Below, in pieces: positions 25,240-36,615 of a stretch of 64,000 nucleotides of DNA. The notes below the pieces were generated by a model that searched no databases, was not told where the DNA came from, and saw nothing but the letters and a program-made list of their open reading frames with translations. Source of the DNA: Octopus sinensis (taxonomy: Eukaryota); contig NC_042998.1 of assembly GCF_006345805.1 (NCBI RefSeq), positions 196,292,001-196,356,000 on the forward strand, in the 5' to 3' direction. Both the position numbers and the translations under genes were made by a program. Position 1 is the stretch's first letter; each line of letters opens with the position of its first letter.

Positions 25240-25869
25240 TGAGACCTGGACGCCATACACATGCCAAGAGCATCGCCTAAATATCTTTCACCTGCGCTGC
25301 CTCCAGAAAATCCTTGGCATCAAATGGCAGAATCATGTCCCCAACAAATATGTCCTCAGGCAAGCAGGAATACCAAGCATGTTTGCACTCCTCACACAAA
25401 GACGTATGAGATGGCTTGGGCATGTTAGCCGTATGGAAGATGGCAGAATCCCCAAGGACATAATCTACGGAGAGCTTGCTAGGGGCACTAGGTCTGTGGG
25501 ATGACCGTTCTTACGATACAAGGATGTTTGCAAAAGGGACATGAAGGCCTGCAACATCAATATTAGCAATTGGGAAGCAGTTGCCAGCAACCGTGGAGAC
25601 TGGCAATGTACCGTAAAAGAGGGAACACAAAGGAGTGACAGAGAGAGAGAGGAGAAATGGAAAGACAAGAAAATACGTCAACAAGAGACTATGGCATTAC
25701 AACCAGCCAGGAACAGTCTTCGCTACATTTGTGGCACCTGCCAGAGGGAGTGTTTGTCCAGGATAGGACTACACAGCCACAGCAGATGTATTAGGACGTG
25801 AAATGTAAAAGCCAGACTAGATTATTTTATGCGCAACTCCATTGTCCTCCGAGACAAAAAGGATGCCAG

Positions 25870-25875
<6 letters not shown>
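25240..25875 (+). mobile_element. RTE-clade LINE 3' end (second family), 5' truncated
   Basis: FHLRCLQKILGIKWQ...RWLGHVSRMEDGRIPKDIIYGEL...RYKDVCKRDMK...CGTCQRECLSRIGLHSH; one internal stop. Confidence 0.88.
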
Positions 25876-25900
<25 letters not shown>

Positions 25901-26109
25901 CAGGGTGTTCCAGAAGTCGCGCACCATTCTGGTTTTCATTTAAAATAATTAAAGCATTTTATTTTATTATATTTTTTTCTGCATGTTTTATTGTAGAGGG
26001 TGCTCAATTTGAGCATCTGTTACGATTAATTTCAATAAAGTGTTTTTGAAATCAATAAGGATGTATTCTTTTAAAAAACCATGATGGTGCACAACTTCTG
26101 GGACACCCT
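25901..26109. mobile_element. Tc1/mariner-type MITE
   Basis: TIRs cagggtgttccagaagtcgcgcaccat / atggtgcacaacttctgggacaccct; inserted at TA. Confidence 0.8.
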
Positions 26110-26129
26110 ACCTCGTGTGTATCGTTGGC

Positions 26130-26283
26130 AATTTTTTTCCTCTGTCTCCCCTTCTCTGGATCTTTCCTTCCCCTATGTTTCCGCTCGAAACGTTAAACCC
26201 TCCTTCTTTCCTGAGCGTCCAATAATACTATATTTGTTCCACGTCCTCGCGTTGTTGTGTTTTTTTGTGCTTTCTTGTTTGGA

Positions 26284-26290
<7 letters not shown>
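26130..26290 (+). mobile_element. Penelope-like element terminal fragment
   Basis: tttccgctcgaaacgttaaaccctccttc resembles the gctcgaaacg terminal motif of Penelope-like elements, from recall; followed by (TA)n. Confidence 0.5.
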
Positions 26291-26333
<43 letters not shown>

Positions 26334-26667
26334 GGATTCAATTGGATTGCCCATGTTTAGTCCACTGCAGGTCAAGAGCCTCAGTATATTCTCTCCACCA
26401 AAGAAGGGCTTGAGATCTTACTGGTTTCATGAGCCCTCTCTGCCACACTGGTTCAACATGGCCTCTTTTTTTGTACTCATACCCAGGAATAATAAAATCC
26501 ATTACATCAACCCCCACCCTGGCATGCTAATGATTCTGTCATATCATAGAAAGAGGGGAGGTCACAGTTGGATTGGTGTCCAAAAGGCTAGGCCACACCT
26601 CACAGCAATGAATGAGTATACGAGAATGTTTTGAAAGTATTTCATGGTCTAAACTTTCTCCTTTTAG

Positions 26668-26794
26668 ATCAACAGAAACAATCTGCAGTAGAAGAAAGGG
26701 TCAAAGGACAGTGCTGACCTTTGACCCTGGGTCAATGGGAAATAACATCTGTTCCTGTACGACTAAATTCCTTGATAAACGTCCAGAAACTAAG
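26668..26794 (+). CDS. Probable upstream exon of the PDZ gene (xSTETICSRRKGQRTVLTFDPGSMGNNICSCTTKFLDKRPETK)
   Basis: Strong sites ctttctccttttag| and AAG|gtgagt. 127 nt; only one frame is open and it ends in phase 0, joining 28127 correctly. No homology recognised. Confidence 0.6.
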
Positions 26795-26974
26795 GTGAGT
26801 TCCCAGAATGTGTTTTTTTTAATTTTTTTATCATCAATCATTAGTCATCATGGTTTTACATCCACTTTCCATGCTGGCATGAGTTGGACATTCATTCATT
26901 AAGAAATACATACATACGTACATAAGTACATACATACATATGTACATATATACATACATACATACACACATACA

Positions 26975-27540
26975 TACGTCTCCTTTGCATGATGTGCTGG
27001 CGCGTTGTCTTGGTGGTAAATTATCCTCTTAAAATTTGAGCATTTTTTCAGCCAGTGCAATCTTTAGACGGTCAATTTGTTTGCAGTAGACATCCTTGTC
27101 AGCAGTGGAATTGCATGGAAGAAGATCCAACATGATCACATCACGGCAGTCCCACCAAACTGAGATCATAATCTTCTTTTGCACAAACGGTCCTTTAGGC
27201 GAAGGTTTTGGCTGTTGACCTTTGCTACACCAGGATCGTCTGCACCCCACATTGGAGTACAGAACCCACTTTTCATCCATAGGGATTACTGACTCCAACC
27301 AATCGATTCTTTATCTTCATCAGAGCAGACTTTGACATGCAGTGACACGTGCTTGTTTGTTCGCTTCAGTCAATTCATGGGGCACCTATTTTCCAAGCTT
27401 GCTGACCTTGCCGAGACGATTCAGGGGGTTGATGATCATAGCATGGAAGATGCCAAACTGCACCACAAGTTGACATGCAGTTTGCATTGGATCCGCTTCA
27501 ATGACTTGTCCAAGAACTTCCTTACCAATGTAATATATTG
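26975..27540 (-). mobile_element. Degenerate mariner transposase fragment (catalytic region)
   Basis: DEKWVLYSNV..RRSW..KKIMISVWWDCRDVIMLDLLP..YCKQIDRL motifs; stops and frameshifts. Confidence 0.85.
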
Positions 27541-27635
27541 CTAAGAGTAATAATACCATGTGAAACCAATGGTCACTTTCTGACCAGTCATAACCTATGA
27601 CTATATATATACATACATACATATATATATATAAT

Positions 27636-27722
27636 ATATGAATTAGAGATAAAACCACTATTAGGCAACTATTAGCGCAACTGTTTGAGTTGCCTAGTAG
27701 TGGTTTTATCTCTAATTCATAT
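27636..27722. other. Hairpin with 35-bp arms and 17-nt loop in the PDZ-gene intron
   Basis: atatgaattagagataaaaccactattaggcaact inverted at 27688-27722, one mismatch; the arm motif also occurs singly at about 1525. Confidence 0.9.
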
Positions 27723-28126
27723 TTTATATATTTATACTGTGAAATTTGATTTAATCCTAAATCTAATTTTTCCCTGTAAGTTTGGAGCCATACTCCCTAA
27801 TATTATTTTATATATATATATATATAAAAGTTTTGAAAGGTCCAAAAAGAGAGAAAGAATGATTTCTTATAAGAACAATAAATAGTAGTGCATAGTATTT
27901 GTAGTTGACAAAATGCAATGACGCAGAAATGCCTGCATTCTAAGATGAGAGAAGGACACATTCTATAATGTTGTGCTAGATATACAAAAAGACAGGATGG
28001 TCACTAATGGAATACCTTTAATAATAGATGTACATTTACTTGACCAGGGCTGACCTGGGGCTAAACAACCACATTTTAAATGCTAAGAAAGTATTTGTCA
28101 CTTAAAAATCCATTTTTCAATTTCAG

Positions 28127-28273
28127 GAACAGAAAGAGAAAAGATTAAAGAAGACCTATGGCAATATCCCACTGCAAGAAGTTGTCATTTATAAAGTGAT
28201 GCCAACTTTAGGTTTGGCCATTGAGGGAGGCATCAATTCCAGTCAGATGTTTCCTCGGGTCTTTGCAATCCAG
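28127..28273 (+). CDS. WHRN: Whirlin-like PDZ domain, N-terminal half (EQKEKRLKKTYGNIPLQEVVIYKVMPTLGLAIEGGINSSQMFPRVFAIQ)
   Basis: catttttcaatttcag|GAACAG...ATCCAG|gtaaga; 147 nt, phase 0-0. TLGLAIEGG..PRV..IQ matches the whirlin PDZ3 pattern TLGIAIEGGANTRQPLPRIVTIQ. Orthology versus paralogy not established. Confidence 0.88.
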
Positions 28274-28539
28274 GTAAGACATTCTCTACTGTAACTAGTT
28301 GTTTAATCCAAGTTGAACTTAACATTGACTCAGTCCTGATTCCAAAGAAAATGGTAATGGTCCATAGTGCCAGCATCAGCGGAAGCAATAATATACCAAA
28401 CAGAAGGCAGCGGATTGGCAGGAATGTTAGCACACTGAGTGAAATGCTTAGTGGTATTCCGTCTGTCTTTACGATCTGAGTTCAAATTCTGCCAAGGTCA
28501 ACTTTGTCTTTCATCCTTCCAGGGTTGATAAACTAAGTA

Positions 28540-28920
28540 GAATAACTTAGTTATCATTAAGGTAGTGTTAGGAACATAAATTGTGACTAAGGTTTGGAGG
28601 AAGACTTTAATTCAAAACTTTTGAAAAACAAGACATTTGTATTACAGAGCCAGAGGTGGTTTCAGCCAGGTTGGTAATGAAAGGGTTAAGAATTGTTTCT
28701 CTATTATATATTTTAACCCTTTTGTTACCATATTTCTGTTGAGATGCTCTGTGTTTCTTTCAATTATTTTAAATATAACAAAGAATTTAGTAAAATAACA
28801 TTCAGCTAGTGTTAGGAACATAAATTGTGACTAAGGTTTGGTGGAAGATTTTAATTCAAAACTTATGAAAACAAGGCATTTGTATTGCAGAGCCAGCTGG
28901 GTTGGTATCAAAAGGGTAAA
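28540..28920. mobile_element. piggyBac-type MITE plus a duplicated half, in the 739-nt intron between the PDZ exons
   Basis: ttaacccttttgttacc start (about 28713) and ggt..aaagggtt/aa ends (about 28688, 28918); agtgttaggaacataaattgtgactaaggtttgg occurs twice. Confidence 0.65.
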
Positions 28921-29012
28921 GAATCAATTCGTTCCTCATATTTGAGATGATCTGACTTTGAAATTAATCTTTTTTTAGCCTCTCTTTTTTTTTTTTTTGG
29001 TTTCTTTTGCAG

Positions 29013-29213
29013 CCAAATGGTTCCACATTTTACTCAAAGACTGACCTGAAGGTGGGCAACATACTGTTGGAAGTGAATGGCACCTGCCTGGTGGGACTTC
29101 AGCACAGTGAGGTGGCAGCAAACATTGCCAACGCCTTTTTGGATGAAACTCAAGATTACCTGACATTCTTGGTTACTGAGGATGGATGGCAGCCGAAGAC
29201 TAGCAGCCTTTGA
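29013..29213 (+). CDS. WHRN: Whirlin-like PDZ domain, C-terminal half and stop (PNGSTFYSKTDLKVGNILLEVNG...DYLTFLVTEDGWQPKTSSL*)
   Basis: T-rich acceptor tttcttttgcag|CCAAAT; in frame with 28127-28273. LKVG.ILLEVNG and DY.TFLVTE match whirlin PDZ3 (LKVGHVILEVNG...DYIDFLVTE). Confidence 0.9.
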   Translation, partial: PNGSTFYSKTDLKVGNILLEVNGTCLVGLQHSEVAANIANAFLDETQDYLTFLVTEDGWQPKTSSL

Positions 29214-29459
29214 ATGGGTACAAAAAGGGTATGAATGAGGGAGAGAGAGGGGGAGGATGAGAGAGAGGGGAGGATGAGAGCTGAGGATGATTTTTTTCTT
29301 TTACTAGTTGCAGTCATTTGACTGTGGCCATTCTGGAGCACCACCTTTAGTCGAACAAACTGACCCCCAGGACTTACTCTTTGTAAGCCTAGTATTTATC
29401 GGTCTTTTTTGCCAAACTGCTAAGTTACAAAGACATAAACACCTGCACAGGAGCCAAGT

Positions 29460-31200
29460 CCAGCAGCACTGGCAACGACCTCGCTCGAATGTTGTCTTTC
29501 ACATGCCACCGGCACAAGCGCCAGTAAGGCGACGCTAGTAACATTCACACTAGAATGATGCTTTTTATGTGCCACCGGCATGGGAGCCAGTCATTGGCTC
29601 TGGCAACGATCACGCTTGAATGGTGCTTTTTACGTGCATGGGAACCAGTCAGCAGCCCTGGCAACGATCACACTTGGATGGTGCTCTTAGTGCTCCACTA
29701 GCATGGATGCCAGTCAAGCAGTGCTGTCATCAAATTTGATTTTGATTTCACTTGCCTCTGCAGGTCTTCGCAAGCAGAGTTTAGTGTCCAAAGAAGGAAA
29801 GGTATGCATAAGTGGGCTGGTTACACCCCTGGCATAGGCAAACAAGGTTATGGTCTCATTTGGCTTGCCAGGTCTTCTCAAGCACAGCGTATTTCCAAAG
29901 GTCTCAGTCGCTAGTCATTGCCTCGGTGAGGCCCAATGTTCGAAGGTCATGCTTCCCCTTCTCATCCCAGGTCTTCCTGGGTCTACCTCTTCAACAGGTT
30001 CCCTCAACAGCTAGGGTGTGGCACTTTTTCACACAGCTATCCTCATCCATTCTTGCCACATGACCATACCAGTGCAATTGTCTCTCTTGCACACTACATC
30101 TGATGGTTCTAAGGTCCAACTTTTTTCTCAAGGTACTTACACTCTGTCGAGTATGCACGCTGACATTACACATCCATCGGATCATACTGGCTTCATTCCT
30201 TACAAGCTTATGCATGTCCTCAGCAGTCACAGGCCATGTTTCACTGCCATGTAGCATGGCTGTTCGTACACATGCATCATAGAGTCTACCTTTTACTCTG
30301 AGCGAGGGGCCCTTTGTCACCACCAGATGTAGGAGCTCTCTGATCTTTGCCCAGGCTATTCTTATTCCAGCAACTACACTTTCAGAGCACCCTCCCCCAC
30401 TACTGACTTAGTCACCTAGGTAACGAAGTTGTCAACTACTTCTACTTTTTCTCCCTAGAATGTGGCGGAAGATGGTCTTTGCGCATTTTCAATGTTTATT
30501 GCTCCCGAGCATCTGCCATATACAAAAACTATCTTCCCAGTTAGCCTTCATTTGATATTACTGCACCTCTTATGTGTCCATAACTTATATTGGGTACATC
30601 TTATAGAGTTTTCTACCTACGCCCTTTCTACAGATACAGGGCCATCTGCATGAAGGGATTTGTGGATTGTCTGCCTTCCTACTTTGGTTTTAGCTAGGTT
30701 GACTCTAAGGCCCTTCGATTCTAACTCTTGTTTCCACACTTCAAATTTCTCTTCTAGTTCTGATAGTGACTCAGCAATTAGAGCAAGGTCGTCAGCATAG
30801 AGGAGCTCCCAGGGGCATCCTGTCTTGAATTCCTCTGTTATTGCCTGGAGGACTATGATAAATAGAAGGGGGCTGAGGACCGACCTTGGTGGACCCCTAC
30901 CTCTACCCAGAATTCTTCACTGTACTCGTTGCCAACCCTCACCTTACTGACAGCGTCCCTGTACGTGGCTTGCACAGCTCTCATTAACCATTCATCTGTG
31001 CCTAGTTTCCTCTTCGACCACCAGATAAGGGATCGGGAGACCCTGTCAAAGGCTTTCTCCATGTCAATGAAAGCCAGGTACAGGGGCTTATCTTTGGCTA
31101 GGTATTTCTCCTGCAGCTGTCTTACGAGAAATATAGCATCAGTGGTGCTTTTGCCTGGCACGAACCCAAACTGCATCTCATCTCAACTGACTCTCTCTGG
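29460..31200 (-). mobile_element. RTE-clade LINE fragment (RT to 3' UTR) between the two convergent genes
   Basis: MQFGFVPGKSTTDAIFLVRQLQEKY..DMEKAFDRV..GVHQG, LLYADDL, KGRLYDACVRTAMLHGSETW and WYGHVARM; frameshifted. Confidence 0.92.
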
Positions 31201-31334
31201 GTTGGACAATTTGATCAGAGCTGGCAAGCCAAAGAGCTGCATCAGCATCATCATCATCATCATCATCATGAACATAACTCACAGCTTTGAATGTGCTTCC
31301 TTTCATGATCCAATGAAATCAAACAACACCATTT

Positions 31335-32157
31335 TTTATTGCTTTGGGGAACCAGAACAAAACATCAAACAAAACAAAACATACACTATCAAAACACTAC
31401 AAAATTTGGGGCATTATTCTGCCCCAACCCCGACTCCATCGTTAATTATGTAATTCTGTTGAAGACTAAGAGGTCATTCTAGTAGTTTTATTGGTTAACT
31501 TGTCTCTAGCAGACTCTGGCTGAGAAAACAGGTCTGAACCAAAGTTTGGCAGCAGGCAAGTTTATTTACTCATTGGTAAAATGAAATACTAAGGTATACT
31601 CATCCCTTTTTCGCTTCAATATGGTTTGTAGCCATTGTTACTGTGAGGTTGTTCATTAGGCTTTTTTGGTTCCAATATGCATGAGATGACCCATGATTCT
31701 TTCACACAAATTCCTTATTTTAAACTGATCTAAATTAAACCTTCCATCAAGATTCTGTCCCAAATTTATGTCCCAAAAACCCAGCTTAAGAATGACAAAG
31801 TATTTTACAAAATTCTTCATTATTTTTTCAAACTTAACTGGAACAAATGCAGCATATTTCAACAGAAATATGGTAAAAAAAAAAAAAAGAAATTTGAATA
31901 AAAACAATGAAAACACAAGAATCTGTGTTGATAAATTCTTTAATCTGCTGTGCTTCTGTGAACTCACAGAAGCAGAAGACACATTTGTACATCGGTCGGA
32001 TAAATTATGAGTTTGGAGGAGGAATGGAACACTTTGTTCTTCTCCTTGCAAAGATTTGAAGTTGTCATGCTTGGAACTGCGTAGTTAGTCTGACACTGCC
32101 AACTCCAGCTTCTTTTCAGCATCCAAGGAAATGTGTTGGTAAATTTAAATGCAAGCA
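31335..32157 (-). other. AP3M1: Probable AP3M 3' UTR with candidate polyA signals
   Basis: Repeat-free, U-rich on the minus strand, directly after the stop. AATAAA on minus (TTTATT on plus) at 31561-31566, 31487-31492 and 31335-31340. True end unknown. Confidence 0.55.
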
Positions 32158-32223
32158 TCATGTCCTCACTTGGAATTTACCAGCTTTCGTTACGTACTTG
32201 ACCCCTTTAAATGGTTTGTATTT
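32158..32223 (-). CDS. AP3M1: AP-3 complex subunit mu, terminal coding exon (KYKPFKGVKYVTKAGKFQVRT*)
   Basis: Acceptor ttcattttctttttatttccag|AAATAC...ACATGA; phase 0. The peptide is the canonical mu3 C-terminus and joins 60424 in frame across a 28,200-nt intron. Confidence 0.96.
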   Translation of the reverse strand, partial: KYKPFKGVKYVTKAGKFQVRT

Positions 32224-34200
32224 CTGGAAATAAAAAGAAAATGAAAATAAATAATACAACACACTAGAACGCCCTGCTAATAACAGCACATTTCTCTGAA
32301 CACTTTGATTATTTTCTTTCTTCTATTTGAAAAGGGGAATATTTTCCAAAATATTGTAGGATCATTAAACAACTATTGTAAGGTGCTACAATATCTTTTC
32401 TCTTTGTTTTCATTTATTGATATTACCTTATATATTTTGTCACAACTCCTCACCTGCAATGCTCAGAATTTCCAAATATTTATCACATTAACACATATTA
32501 CAATGTTTCACCGAAATTACAAATATTCTTTAATATAATATAAATATATATTATCAGGAAGCTCTAGACTTGTAGATGAGGGTCTCGCTCTGTCCTCAAT
32601 AAGAACCCGTCTTTACTGTTACCATATTAAAATGCAGATCTTGTTGATTGTGTCTCACAATTATAGAAATATTTATGTTGACAAAACCATGGAGCTATCT
32701 GTGTGAAATATACTTACTCATATATTTTCTGTAATAAATCTCAGATAATAAATTAATAACAATCAATAATATTAAATAATCAACAAAATAGATTTCAAAC
32801 ATAAATTTTATCTCCATCAAATGAAAAAGAACTCCAAATGAAATTTGTATTTTCACAGAATAAAAATAGCAGCATTAGGAAGGGCATCCAGATCAGATTG
32901 GAGCCTGGTGCAGCCTCCTGGCTTTCCAGACCTCAGTGAAACTGTCCAACCCATGCCAGCATGGAAAACGGATATTAAATGATGATGATGGTCAGGCATC
33001 ATTGGCTCATTAGGGATTAAATGAAATTCAATTAATATTTCCAAATGTTTCGTGATTAAACTGATGAAGAAAAAAAAAACAAAGATTTCATGAATTGGTT
33101 AAATGTCGTTCAAAATACCTCCAGAAAACAAAAAGAATGCTTTCGATGGCTTGTGTGTCTTAGTTTACAAACTAGAAATGTAAAAATGAAGGGATCCCCC
33201 TCCTCCTCATCATTTAATGACCACTTTTACATGCTTCTCATGGCTGGAATAGAATTTGATGTGGCGGATTTTCTACAGCTAGCTGGTCATCCTGTCACCA
33301 ACGCCTCACCTGCTTCTAGGAAAGATAATGTTTTCTCGTGGTTAAACAGAAGATTAGAAATGAAGGACACCACCTGTATGACAGTGACACTCGTTTACAA
33401 CTATCACATGATGTCCAGACAAGGAGACAGCAACACACACACACACACACACATTTTGCATCCTATCAGACTCTTAGCACCAACCGTTTCCAAATTTCTG
33501 AGCAATCATTTAAACTCTTAGAGTGACAACCCTTCTATACCTTCATTGAATATACTAACAAAGGAACACCTATGTGGTTACTCAAATTACTAAAAATAAC
33601 AGCCAAATCTCCCTCAACACATACTGTTTTCAAATAGGAAGGACATATTGGATAATGTGGTACTAGATAATCCATTTATCTTTTACTTGTTTCAGTTATT
33701 AGACCGCGACCATGCTGGGGCACCACCTTGAAGGGTTTAGACAAACAAATCAACCCCAGTACTTTTTTTCATGTCCGATGCTTAGTCTGTCAGTTTCCTC
33801 TGCCAAACCACTAAGTCACAAGGAACAAACCAGTCGTTGAGCAGTGGTATGGGACAAACACAAACACACACATACATATATGATGGGCTTCAACATAGTC
33901 TCTGTCTAATTAATTCACTCACAAGGCATTGGTCAGCCCAGGGTTATAGCAGAAGACAAGGGGCTGCACAGTGGGACTGAACCTGAGACCACATGGTTGC
34001 AAAATGAGCTGCTTAACCATACAGCCATGCTTGCTAAGATGAAAATTTTACTAACAAACATAAAAAGAACGGATCATATACAGGTGTATATTAGTAAATA
34101 TCAATGAGTGGCTGTGTAGTAAAAAGCTTGCTTCTCAACCACATGGGTCTGGGTTCAGTCCTAGTGGATTTGGTAGACGGAAACTGAAAGAAGCCCATTG

Positions 34201-34251
<51 letters not shown>

Positions 34252-34548
34252 TATATATATCATCATCATCATCATCATCGTTTAACGTCCGCTTTCCATG
34301 CTAGCATGGATTGGACGATTTGACTGAGGTCTGGCGAACCAGATGGTTGCACCAGACTCCAACCTGATCTGGCAGAGTTTCTACAGCTGGATGCTTTTAG
34401 TGGGTGCCTTTAGGTGCCACCGGCACGAGGGCCAGTCATGCGGTACTGGCAACGGCCACGCTCAAATGCTGCTTTTTATGTGCCACCTGCACAGGAGCCA
34501 GTCTAGCAGCATCGGCAATGACCTCGCTCGAATATATATATATATATA

Positions 34549-34967
34549 TAAGAATTTGTCTTATGAAGAAAGGCTGAAGACGCTCAACCGTTATTCTCTA
34601 GAAAAACGATGCCGACGCCGTGGTGATCTCATTCTTGCTCACAACATCATAAGTGGAAAGTGTAACCTCTCGAAAGAGCTGTTCTTCACTCTGGCTCCAG
34701 AGCATCAGCTGCGGGGTCACTCCGAAAAGCTCTATCTGCAACAATTTCATCTCAATCGAAGGAGAGGGGCTTTCTCCGTCCGGGTTGCGGATCCGTGGAA
34801 CAAGCTGCCGGACAAGATGGTGAAGATGCCGACGACCGCTTTGTTCAAAGTCTCCCTTGACCTCAAGTGGCCTGAACTCTTTACATGAACACCACCCTGT
34901 ACTTAACTCCATGTCCCCCTACATGGCCTTGCTTTTTGCTGTTTGAGCCAAAAAATTAACTAACTAA

Positions 34968-34971
<4 letters not shown>
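34549..34971 (+). mobile_element. CR1-clade LINE 3' end with (AACT)n tail, inside a (TA)n tract; probably young
   Basis: LSYEERLKTL..SLEKR..RRGDLI..LRGHSEKL..RRGAFSVRVADPWNKLP, open to the stop; CpG-rich in a CpG-poor neighbourhood. Confidence 0.88.
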
Positions 34972-35008
<37 letters not shown>

Positions 35009-36584
35009 TATATAGCATGATTTATTCATGAACAAAGGCGTTCATAAACCAAGGTACTACTGTATTAAATGAATATGAGAAAAACAGGAGATAAATTATG
35101 ATTTATCCGTGATCAGAGTTGTTCAAAAACCAAGCTTCTACAGTGTATATGTATGTATTTGTGCATCTGTGTTTATCTCTCCACCATTGCTTGCCAACTG
35201 GTGTGGGTTTGTTTACATCCCCATGACTTAGCGGTTCGGCAACAGAGACCGATGGAATAAGCACTAGGCTTACAAAGAATAAATCCGAAGGTTGATTTGT
35301 TCAACTAAAGGTGGTGCTCCAGCATGGCCACAGTCAAATGACTGAAACAAGTAAAAGAATAAAAGAATAACCGTAATTATCTTACCTTAAAATTAATTAT
35401 CTTACCTTTAAACGATTTAATGTAACGGATGTTTTGAACTTAATACACCCAGTGTGAAATTAATTGCCACCAACACCAAACATGCAAATTGAAAAAGATT
35501 TCAACCGATTTGTTAAGTTCCCTAAAACAATGTTTCTAGTGGTGGGTGGGTCTGTGAGAATTGAAAAGAGGCGGGGGTGGGGAGGCAAATTACCATATTT
35601 GATAAAATAAAATGAAATATAATAAAATAAAATAAAATAATTTTAAATTCCTCCAACACCATGGAGGAAGAAAGAAAAACCACCCAAACACAAATTCTGT
35701 TTTAGTTTCACATTAAAAAAGTAAGGAAGAAGTAAGAAGGAAAATTATCCCTAATAGCCGCAGGAGTGGCTGTGTGGTAAGAAGCTTGCTTACCAACCAC
35801 GTGGTTCTGGGTTCAGTCCCACAGCGTGGCACCTTGGGCAAGTGTCTTCTACTATAGCCTCGGGCCGACCAAAGCCTCGTGAGTGGATTTGGTAGACGGA
35901 AACTGAAAGAAACCCGCCGTGTGTGTGCATATGTGTGTTTATGTTTGTCCCCCCTCCAACATTGCTTGACAACCAATGCTGGTGTGTTTATGTACCCGTA
36001 ACTTAGCGGGTCAGCAAAAGTGACCAATAGAATAAGTTCTAGGCTTACAAAGAATAAGTCCTGGGGGTCGATTTGTTTGACTAAAGGTGGTACTCCAGCA
36101 TGGCCACAGTCAAAATGACTGAAACAACTAAAAGAATAAAAGAATGTTTGTAGAGGTGCAGTTACTCTCCTATCTGACAATCACAGCAATAAAGAGATTC
36201 CCCGAAAAGTATATAAGGGGAACTAACTCTATTCTCCCCCTAGTCTCCTTGAAATTATATTAATTGGTCGATAATTCTACATCATCATCAACAACAACAA
36301 CAACAACATCTAATGTCCACTTTTCCATTCTTGCATGGGTCAGATGCAATTTGCCGAGACAGTGAGATAAATTTTTTCTACGGTGGGATGCCTTTCCTGT
36401 TGCCAAGCCTTGCCCATTTCCAAATAAGGAAATATTTCTCATTGACTGGACATGTTTTTTCACAGAAGAATGAAGATGATGGTGATTAAAATGATGATGA
36501 ATGTGACGGTAGCCGTAGTGATGATGGTGATGGTGATGATGATGATGGTGGTGGTGGTGGTGTATATATGTGTGCACACATTTA

Positions 36585-36615
<31 letters not shown>

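Noticed and set aside
35385-35415. Two tandem AAG|GTAAGA sites on minus in the AP3M intron
   Set aside because: Arise from a 20-bp duplication and lack a pyrimidine tract or YAG, so not credible recursive sites.
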